From positions 544,001 through 608,000 of the forward strand of contig OZ220090.1 of the NCBI GenBank assembly GCA_964291625.2: DNA of 64,000 nt. Reading direction: 5' to 3'. The DNA comes from Candidatus Latescibacterota bacterium. GTDB taxonomy: Bacteria > Latescibacterota > UBA2968 > UBA8231. The position numbers and the translations under genes are program-made. Every line of letters begins with the position of its first letter. Positions within the stretch are counted from its first letter, which is position 1. This document shows, one piece after another, positions 57,407-64,000 of this stretch. The notes under the pieces are model-generated. The model was given only the letters and a program-made list of their open reading frames with translations, did not search any database and had not been told where the DNA came from.

Positions 57407-58443
57407 CCCAGGGAGCGCGCCACGTCCTTGGCGAAATAGGTGAGGATCAGGTCGGCGCCGGCCCGCTTGATGGCCACCAGCACCTCGTCGCGGATGCGGA
57501 TCTCGTCGACCCAGCCGCGCTCGGCGGCGGCCTTGATCATGGCGTACTCGCCGCTGACGTTATACGCCGCCAGTGGCGCGTCGAAGCGGTCGCGTGCGGC
57601 TCGCAGGACGTCGAGATAGGCGAGGGCGGGTTTGACCATGACCACGTCCGCCCCCTCCTCCAGATCGAGTGAGATCTCCCGCAGGGCCTCGCGCACGTTG
57701 GGCGGATCCATCTGGTAGCCGCGGCGGTCGCCGGAGCGCGGCGCCGAGCCGGCGGCCTCCCGGAAGGGGCCGTAGAAGCCGGAGGCGTACTTGGCGGCGT
57801 AGGCCATGATCGGTACCTCGGCGTGTCCGGCGCGGTCGAGGGCCCCGCGGATGGCGGCGACGCGGCCGTCCATCATGTCCGACGGAGCCACCACATCGAC
57901 GCCGGCGTCGGCGTAGACCACGGAGGCGCGCGCCAAAAGCTCAACGGTGCGGTCGTTGTCGACGCCCTCTTCGGTGAGCACGCCGCAGTGGCCGTGGTCG
58001 GTGTACTCGCAGAGACAGACATCGGCGATCACCAGCAGGTCGAGGCCGGCCTCGCCGATCGCCGCGGCGGCTCGGGGGATGATGCCCTCCGGGTCGTACC
58101 CGGGGCTGCCGGCTCCATCCTTGTGGTCGGGAACGCCGAAGAGGATGACCGCGGGGATGCCGGCGTCCGCGGCCTCCCGGCACTCCTCCACCAGCACGTC
58201 CGGGGACATGCGCGCCACCCCCGGCATGGCCTCGATCTCCTGGCGGACACCCCGGCCCGGGCAGGTGAAGAGCGGCAGGACCAGGTCCTCGCGGCGCACA
58301 TGGTGCTCGCGGACCATGCTGCGCACGAGGGCGCTGCCGCGCAGACGCCGGGGACGGCAGGCTCCCGGAGGCAGGCCGGCGGCCGGCTGTTCCGGGAGGG
58401 TTGCGAGAGGGTTGCCGATGTTGGCCACGAAGCCCGGTCTCAC
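57403..58443 (-). CDS. hemB: Porphobilinogen synthase (Zn-type)
   Basis: DVCLCEYTDHGHC, APSDMMDGR, YGPFR, MVKP, YNVSGEY; start approximate. Confidence 0.96.
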   Translation of the reverse strand: MRPGFVANIGNPLATLPEQPAAGLPPGACRPRRLRGSALVRSMVREHHVRREDLVLPLFTCPGRGVRQEIEAMPGVARMSPDVLVEECREAADAGIPAVILFGVPDHKDGAGSPGYDPEGIIPRAAAAIGEAGLDLLVIADVCLCEYTDHGHCGVLTEEGVDNDRTVELLARASVVYADAGVDVVAPSDMMDGRVAAIRGALDRAGHAEVPIMAYAAKYASGFYGPFREAAGSAPRSGDRRGYQMDPPNVREALREISLDLEEGADVVMVKPALAYLDVLRAARDRFDAPLAAYNVSGEYAMIKAAAERGWVDEIRIRDEVLVAIKRAGADLILTYFAKDVARSLG

Positions 58444-59642
58444 ACCTTGTCCAGGGCCTGCTCGAGGTCGGCGATGAGGTCCCCCGCATCCTCGATGCCG
58501 ACGCTGTACCGGACGAGCTCGTCGGTGATGCCGATGGCCAGCCGGTCGGGACGGCTGAGGTCCGAGTAGGAGATCGTCGCCGGATGGCTGACCAGGCTCT
58601 CCACCCCCCCGAGGCTGGGGGCCAGGTACGGCAGCCGCAGCTGGTGGACGAAGCTCCGCGCGCGCTCCAGATCCCCCTCGATATCGAAGCTGACGACGCC
58701 TCCGAACCCCTTCATCTGGCGCATCGCCACGGCATGGTCGGGATGGCTGGCGAGGCCGGGATAGAACACCCTGCGGACCTTGGGATGCCCCTCGAGCCAG
58801 CGGGCGATCTCGAGGGCGGTCTGGTTCTGCCGCTCCATGCGAAGGGCCAGGGTCTTGAGGCCGCGGATCAGCAGGTAGGCGGTGTTGGGGTCGGAGTTGG
58901 TGCCGATGACGTCGCGGAACTCCTTGATGGCCTGCACCATCGGCCCCCTGCCGCAGACGCTGCCGGCCATCAGGTCGTTGTGGCCGCCCAGGTACTTGGT
59001 GGCGCTGTGGAAGACGAGATCGGCGCCGGCCTCGATGGGGCGCTGGTTCACCGGCGTGGCGAAGGTGCTGTCGATGAGCAGGCGCAGCCGGTGCTGCCTG
59101 GCGAAGGGCACGAGCCGGTCGAGATCAGCCACGTGCAGGTGCGGGTTCGTCGGCGATTCGGCGAAGAGCACGCGGGTCTCGTGGCGGACCGCCCCTTCGA
59201 GGGCCTCGAAGTCGCCCGGGGAGACGCCGGTGCAGGCGATGCCGAACTTGCCGAGGACGTCGCAGAGCTGCACGGTCCGGCGGTAGCAGTCCTCCATGAT
59301 CACCAGGTGCTGGCCGCTGCGCATCATGGCCAGCAGGACCGTGGTGATGGCACTCATGCCGGAGGAGAAGAGCAGGGCGTCGTCGGCCCCGTCGAGGGCG
59401 GCGAGCTTGACCTCGGCGGCGCGGACCGTGGGATTGCCGTAGCGGCCGTACTCGAAGTGGCTGCGCTTGCCCTGCTTGTACTCCTCGAACTCGTCGAGGC
59501 TGTCGAATACGTAGGTCGCCGTCTGGGCGATCGGCGTGGTCACCGACTTGGCGTGCTTGCGGCGCTCCTCGCCGCCGTGGACCGCCCAGGTGGAAGGGCC
59601 GCCCGCGGCGGCGGTTGAGGAATCTTCTTCGCTCATCGGCAT
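58440..59642 (-). CDS. metB: Cystathionine gamma-synthase family PLP enzyme (plant-like)
   Basis: YGRYGNPT, SSGM, DCYRRT, ESPTNP, HSATKYLGGHND, SLGGVESL; start at ATG 59642 or 59636. Confidence 0.88.
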   Translation of the reverse strand: MPMSEEDSSTAAAGGPSTWAVHGGEERRKHAKSVTTPIAQTATYVFDSLDEFEEYKQGKRSHFEYGRYGNPTVRAAEVKLAALDGADDALLFSSGMSAITTVLLAMMRSGQHLVIMEDCYRRTVQLCDVLGKFGIACTGVSPGDFEALEGAVRHETRVLFAESPTNPHLHVADLDRLVPFARQHRLRLLIDSTFATPVNQRPIEAGADLVFHSATKYLGGHNDLMAGSVCGRGPMVQAIKEFRDVIGTNSDPNTAYLLIRGLKTLALRMERQNQTALEIARWLEGHPKVRRVFYPGLASHPDHAVAMRQMKGFGGVVSFDIEGDLERARSFVHQLRLPYLAPSLGGVESLVSHPATISYSDLSRPDRLAIGITDELVRYSVGIEDAGDLIADLEQALDKV

Positions 59643-59644
59643 GT

Positions 59645-60982
59645 TCAGGCGTAGACGCTGTCCACGGTTTCGAGAACGGCCCGCCGCACCTGCTCGAGGT
59701 CGGCGTCGACTTCCACGGGCCGGTTGGCATGGCTCGGGGTGACCTCGAACCCGCCGAGACGGTCCTCGTGGTAACCCACCTTGAATTCCGGAAACTTCAG
59801 CCCCAGGGCGGTGGAGATCACCACGACGCGGCTGTCCGGCCGGATGGTCCCGTGGGCGATGAGCTTCTCCAGCGCCGCCAGGGCCACCCCGGTGTGGGGA
59901 CAGGTGAACAGGCCGCTGCGGTCGGCGCGGGCGCAGGCGTCGGCCAACTCGGCCTCGGTGGCTTCCTCCACGACGCCGTCGAGACGGCGCATGACCCGGA
60001 TCGCCCGCTCCCAGCTGACCGGGTCGCCGATGCGGATGGCGGAGGCCAGGGTGTCGGAGGCCTCGACCGGTTCGAAGGACTCGAAGCCCGTCCGATAGCT
60101 GCGGTAGAGGGGATCGGCGTTCCGGGCCTGGGCCACCGCCAGCCGGGGCAACCGGTCGACCATGCCCATCTGGCGCATCTCCAGAAACCCCTTCCCGAGG
60201 GCGCTCACGTTCCCCAGGTTGCCCCCCGGGATCACGATCCAGTCCGGGACGACCCAGTCGAACTGTTGCAGCAGCTCGATGCCGACCGTCTTCTGCCCCT
60301 CGATCCTCAGGGAATTCATCGAGTTGGCCAGATAGACGTTCTCGCTCTTCACGAGACCGCGAACCAGGCGCATGCAGCCGTCGAAGTCGGTTCGGATCGA
60401 CAACGTCAGGGCGCCGTTGGCGATGGGCTGGATCAGCTGCGACACGGAGATCTTGTCCTTGGGCAGCAGGACGATCACGGGGATCCCGGCCGCCGCCCCG
60501 TAGGCGGCGAGGGAGGCCGACGTGTCCCCCGTGGAGGCGCAGGCGATGGCCGGGATCGCCTGTCCGTCGGCCCGCATCTGCTTGACCATGGAGACGAGCA
60601 CCGTCATGCCGAGGTCCTTGAAGGAACCCGTGTGGCTGTGGCCGCACTGCTTGATCCACAACTCCCCGACGCCCATCTCGTCGCCGAGGCGATCCGCCCA
60701 GAACAGGTTGCTGCCGCCCTCGTAGATGGAGACCACGTTGCCGTCATCCACGGCGGGGCAGACCATCTCCTTCTTGCCCCACACGCCGCTGCCGTAGGGC
60801 CAGACCGTCCCCATGTAGCGCTGATCGAAGAGACGCCGCCACTCGGTCCCCGGCCGCCGGCCCAGGGCCTCCATGTCATGGACGACCTCGAAGAGCCCGC
60901 CGCACCCGCACTCGTAGACCACCTGGTCGAGATCGTGGCGGCTGCCGCAGCGGATGCACTCGAACCAGGCCTGGTATTCCAT
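59645..60982 (-). CDS. thrC: Threonine synthase (plant-type)
   Basis: HTGSFKDLG PLP-lysine motif, CASTGDTS, ANSMNSLRIEGQKT, PGGNLGN. Confidence 0.95.
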   Translation of the reverse strand: MEYQAWFECIRCGSRHDLDQVVYECGCGGLFEVVHDMEALGRRPGTEWRRLFDQRYMGTVWPYGSGVWGKKEMVCPAVDDGNVVSIYEGGSNLFWADRLGDEMGVGELWIKQCGHSHTGSFKDLGMTVLVSMVKQMRADGQAIPAIACASTGDTSASLAAYGAAAGIPVIVLLPKDKISVSQLIQPIANGALTLSIRTDFDGCMRLVRGLVKSENVYLANSMNSLRIEGQKTVGIELLQQFDWVVPDWIVIPGGNLGNVSALGKGFLEMRQMGMVDRLPRLAVAQARNADPLYRSYRTGFESFEPVEASDTLASAIRIGDPVSWERAIRVMRRLDGVVEEATEAELADACARADRSGLFTCPHTGVALAALEKLIAHGTIRPDSRVVVISTALGLKFPEFKVGYHEDRLGGFEVTPSHANRPVEVDADLEQVRRAVLETVDSVYA

Positions 60983-61034
60983 CGATCACCGAGCGGTTGG
61001 AGCGGTTGCGGGAGAAGGGGTTATACGGCGGGAG

Positions 61035-61063
61035 AATCTACCCCGGGGGCCGTACATCGGCAA
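61035..61063 (-). promoter_or_regulatory. Probable sigma70 promoter of the thrC-metB-hemB-prs operon
   Basis: TTGCCG-17 bp-TAGATT on the minus strand. Confidence 0.6.
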
Positions 61064-61080
61064 GGAAACGGGACGCCGGA

Positions 61081-61593
61081 TCAGGCAGGCACGCGCCGCA
61101 CCAGCCATGGGATCGAGGCCGCGGCGATGAGGGTTTCGGGCACCATGTAGCTGGCGTTGTAGAGGAGGGAGTACTTCCACACCGGCGTCCCCTCGGGGGC
61201 CAGGTGGGCGAAGTAGACGACCCCGGAGAGGACGTGGCTCCCCAGCCTTGCCAGGCTGGCGCCCGCCGCGGCCGCGGCGATGGTCCAGGGCCCGCTTCCG
61301 GCGGAGGCGGCCAAGCCGGCGAGGCCCAGAGTGGCGAAAGCCGCGGGGTAGTCCAGAACCAGCTGCACCGGGTGCACGAAATAGGGCGCCATGACGAAGT
61401 TGACGACCCCGTACGCGGCCCCGGCCAGCATCCCGGCGCGGGGCCCCCGCCGCAACGAGAGAAACAGGATGGGCAGGGTGTGCAGGCTCACCGAGCCGCC
61501 GTATGCCAGGTGGGGCAGCTTGACGCGAATCAGGCTGAGGACGGCCGCCAGGGCGATGGCGACGGCGGTCTCCGCGGCGGTGCCAGTCCTCAC
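61081..61593 (-). CDS. thiT: ECF S-component thiamine transporter ThiT
   Basis: YGGSVSL, HPVQLVLDY, HVLSGVVYF, YSLLYNASY; GTG 61593 after AAAGGAG. Confidence 0.9.
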   Translation of the reverse strand: MRTGTAAETAVAIALAAVLSLIRVKLPHLAYGGSVSLHTLPILFLSLRRGPRAGMLAGAAYGVVNFVMAPYFVHPVQLVLDYPAAFATLGLAGLAASAGSGPWTIAAAAAGASLARLGSHVLSGVVYFAHLAPEGTPVWKYSLLYNASYMVPETLIAAASIPWLVRRVPA

Positions 61594-61609
61594 GAAGCTC
61601 CTTTCCGTA

Positions 61610-61735
61610 CAGGGGAAAACGAGGCGGAACCCGCCGGCCCGAGAGGCGTCCAACCAGTGCGGGCCATCCCGGTCTTGGCTCGCACCTCCCTGGCGGCCGG
61701 GGGCGTTCCCGCCCTCGGCCGCACCTCGTTCTACC
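61610..61735 (-). ncRNA. Structured 5' leader of thiT (unclassified)
   Basis: Nested stems on the minus strand, including gcggccg-gggcg-GGAA-cgccc-cggccgc and an enclosing aacgagg..gcgg/ccgcctcgtt pair. Confidence 0.35.
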
Positions 61736-61761
61736 GCCGGGGGGGTCGGCTCACTCCGGCC

Positions 61762-62817
61762 TCAGTTCAACCGCTGCAGGAGCATGTACCCCTGCCGGAT
61801 GCGGACCGGGCCGCTGACCCCCCCCACCTGCAGGTTCAGCACATTGCTCTCGACCTCGGGGAGCATCTCCCCGGGCCCGAAGAACCCGAGATCGCCGCCG
61901 TCCCTGGCGTTGGGCGCCTGGGAGAACCTGGCCGCCAGCTCCCCGAAGTCGCCGCCGGCCTCCAGCCTCTCGAGGATGTCGAGGGCCTGCGACTCCGTCG
62001 GAACGAGGATGAAGCGGGCCCGCATCTTGCCGTCCACGATCGCCCGGATGCCATCCATGTTGACGTTGACGGCATGCAGGAGTCCCGGATCCCGGGCGAT
62101 CGCCTTGGTCCGGTCGTACCACTCGAGGGCCTCGGCATAGCGCTTCTCGGCGGCCAGCAGGTAGGCGATGTTGTTGTGCGACTCCACGTCGTCGGGGAGA
62201 AACTCGAGGACCGTGTGGTAACGCAGCAGGGCGCTGTCCGGCTTCCCCGTGCGCGTGTAGTGCAAGGCCAGCAGGCGGTGGGCGTGGCCGTTGCGGTCAT
62301 CGAGGGCGAGGGCGGTGTCGAGCTCGGCGCGAGAGGCGGCCAGGTCTCCGGCCTGCAGGTGCAGGAAGGCGAGCTGGGTGCGCACACCGGAGTTCCCCGG
62401 GGCCAGCTCCATGGCCCGGTGCACGTAGTGCAGGGCGGAGTCGAGTCGGCCCACGGCGAGGAAGGCGTCGTTGAGCATGGAGTAGACGGGAAGCTGGGCC
62501 GGGCGCTCGCCCAGCGACCGCTGCAGGAGCTGGACCGCGCGGCTGCCGTTTCCCTGCATGAGGTAGAGCTCGGCGATGCGGTTCAGCACCTGGGCGCTGC
62601 CGGCTCCCTCGCTGAGGGCCTGCTCGTAGCGCAGCAGGGACTGGTCGAGCTGGCCGCGGCGGGCGAGGCCTTCGGCCTCCCGCACCAGGCTCACCAGCCT
62701 GGGCTCCGGGTCCGTCGGATCCTGCGCCGACGTGCCCGCCGCCGCCAGGGCGAGCCCGGCGAGGAGGAGGAGGAAGGGCGGCCTTCGGGCCGCTGAAGCG
62801 CGGTGCACCCGGCTCAC
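61762..62817 (-). CDS. Secreted TPR protein with C-terminal PpiC/parvulin peptidyl-prolyl isomerase
   Basis: Signal peptide, TPR repeats, DFGELAARFS, GGDLGFF. Confidence 0.9.
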   Translation of the reverse strand: MSRVHRASAARRPPFLLLLAGLALAAAGTSAQDPTDPEPRLVSLVREAEGLARRGQLDQSLLRYEQALSEGAGSAQVLNRIAELYLMQGNGSRAVQLLQRSLGERPAQLPVYSMLNDAFLAVGRLDSALHYVHRAMELAPGNSGVRTQLAFLHLQAGDLAASRAELDTALALDDRNGHAHRLLALHYTRTGKPDSALLRYHTVLEFLPDDVESHNNIAYLLAAEKRYAEALEWYDRTKAIARDPGLLHAVNVNMDGIRAIVDGKMRARFILVPTESQALDILERLEAGGDFGELAARFSQAPNARDGGDLGFFGPGEMLPEVESNVLNLQVGGVSGPVRIRQGYMLLQRLN

Positions 62818-62821
62818 AATC

Positions 62822-63589
62822 TCACCGCTCCTCGGACCGCAGCCGCTGCACGACTTCCCGGGTGATCCGCTCCACGAGGTCGTCCACCGGGCTCCCCTCC
62901 GGGAGGTCGCACCCGGGCCGGCCGCTGATCCCGAATCTCTTGCGCAACTCGATCAACTCCCCGACCTGATCGCGGTCGAGGGTGTTGGTGGCCCCGAGCT
63001 GCCGGGAGACGAGGACGATCCGCGCGAAATGCTCCACCGTCTCCATCTTGAAGTGGGCCTCCTGCACCGACTTCCCGAGGGTTACGGCGCCGTGGTTGGC
63101 CATCAGCACCGCATCGTACTTCTCGAGCAGGGGGCGCATCGGCTCGAAGATGTCGGGCCCCCCCGGCGTGCCGTAGGGTGCGAGAGGAACCCCGCCGAGG
63201 AGCACGACCACCTCCGGCAGGACGCACTCGGTCAGGTCGAGGCCGGCCACGGCAAAGCCCGTGGCGGTGGCCGGATGGGCGTGGACGACGGCGGCCACGT
63301 CGGCGCGCAGCCGGTACGCCTCCAGGTGCATGCGGATCTCCGAGGAGATTCTCATCGGCCCCGAGACCTGGGTCCCGTCCATGTCGCAGATGGCCAGCAT
63401 CTCCTCGGTGAGAAACCCCTTGCTGACACCGGTGGGCGTGCACAGCACCCGGTCGTCGCCGATCCGGGCCGAGAGGTTGCCGTCGTTGGCGGCGACGAAT
63501 CCGAGTTGGTAGATGCGGCGCCCCATCTCGCAGATCTCGCGGCGGGCGGCGAAGGCGGAGGAAGCGGTGGCCACGGGATCAGCGGGCAT
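62822..63589 (-). CDS. Class II aldolase/adducin family (FucA-like) with C-terminal encapsulation-peptide-like helix
   Basis: DGNLS, TPTGVSK, SSE, HAHP, NHG; tail VDDLVERITREVVQRL. Confidence 0.9.
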   Translation of the reverse strand: MPADPVATASSAFAARREICEMGRRIYQLGFVAANDGNLSARIGDDRVLCTPTGVSKGFLTEEMLAICDMDGTQVSGPMRISSEIRMHLEAYRLRADVAAVVHAHPATATGFAVAGLDLTECVLPEVVVLLGGVPLAPYGTPGGPDIFEPMRPLLEKYDAVLMANHGAVTLGKSVQEAHFKMETVEHFARIVLVSRQLGATNTLDRDQVGELIELRKRFGISGRPGCDLPEGSPVDDLVERITREVVQRLRSEER

Positions 63590-64000
63590 GGGCCGGGCCG
63601 AGGACCGAGACCGTCGACCAGCGCCCTTGACCGAGGACGATCAAGCCGGCCAGACCCGGCGCCACGAGGTTGACGGCGCAGAGCAGGAGCGCGGCCTGCA
63701 GGGCCACCGCCGGGGCGACTCCGGCCAACCCGAGGACGGAGACGGCGGCGAACTCGCGCACCCCCAGATCGAGAAAGCTGATCGGCAGCAGAGTCTTGAG
63801 GGCGAAGACGGCGGGCACGCTCCAGAAGACGGAGGGGGGCAGGGGGCCGGCAGCCAGCAGCAGGAGGTGGAACTGCCCGAAGAAGACCAGGTTGAAGATG
63901 GCGGAACCGCAGATATTGGCAGCCCAGCCGAGAGGGGGAACCGCGCCCAGCACCTCGAGCCACTGGAGGCGATGCCGACAGCGGCGAAGGAGGTACCATC
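63579..64000 (-). CDS. Lysylphosphatidylglycerol-synthase TM domain protein, 5'-truncated by window edge
   Basis: LPISFLDLGVRE motif, hydrophobic; frame continues to the window end. Confidence 0.75.
   Translation of the reverse strand, partial: WYLLRRCRHRLQWLEVLGAVPPLGWAANICGSAIFNLVFFGQFHLLLLAAGPLPPSVFWSVPAVFALKTLLPISFLDLGVREFAAVSVLGLAGVAPAVALQAALLLCAVNLVAPGLAGLIVLGQGRWSTVSVLGPAHAR

Noticed and set aside
59643-60659. N-terminal extension of the 739-aa metB ORF (similar extensions on mutL, hprK, tatT, der, rbfA, nusA)
   Set aside because: These overlap upstream genes in another frame; homology begins at the later start codons. They are not fusions or frameshifts.
61594-61761. Canonical TPP or ZTP riboswitch upstream of thiT
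   Set aside because: Conserved TPP (CTGAGA, GAACCTGA) and ZTP (GACTGGCG, CGCCTGGGC) motifs were not found; kept only as an unclassified structured leader.

Overview
GC-rich (about 70% by eye) bacterial chromosome segment. The Bacteroidota-type bS22 and general gene content suggest an FCB-related candidate phylum such as Latescibacterota, but this is inference only. Layout: (1) 1-2.9 kb: a partial LarA-family gene, an SDR and a divergent metallopeptidase. (2) 3.1-14.6 kb: an uncharacterised four-gene membrane operon, with two near-identical OPT/DUF6785-like paralogues, a 1481-aa secreted dead-M28-peptidase/FtsX-permease fusion, and an OPT-like protein carrying inserted Zn-finger, Fn3-like and acidic Ca-type motifs. 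(3) 14.6-26.1 kb, minus strand: flippase-like gene, degenerate HisI, UMP kinase, purB, DASS transporter, TatT-type TRAP system and lipoproteins. (4) 26.3-46.9 kb, plus-strand housekeeping: mreBC, HU, an unannotated 31-aa bS22, 4 tRNAs, miaA, der, rimP-nusA-infB-rbfA-truB-kinase-only ribF-rpsO-pnp, asnS, leuS. (5) 46.9-48.3 kb: a lone tyrosine recombinase surrounded by three 28-bp dif/lox-like sites, at the point where the plus- and minus-strand gene blocks converge. (6) 48.3-64 kb, minus strand: mutL, hprK, rsgA, two prs copies (one degenerate), apt, hemB, plant-like cystathionine gamma-synthase plus threonine synthase, thiT with a structured non-TPP leader, a TPR-parvulin and a class II aldolase with a microcompartment encapsulation-like tail. 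The best candidates for undescribed systems are the recombinase/three-site module and the four-gene membrane receptor-transporter operon. No CRISPR array or rRNA was seen. All family calls come from motif recognition by eye; no database searches were run.
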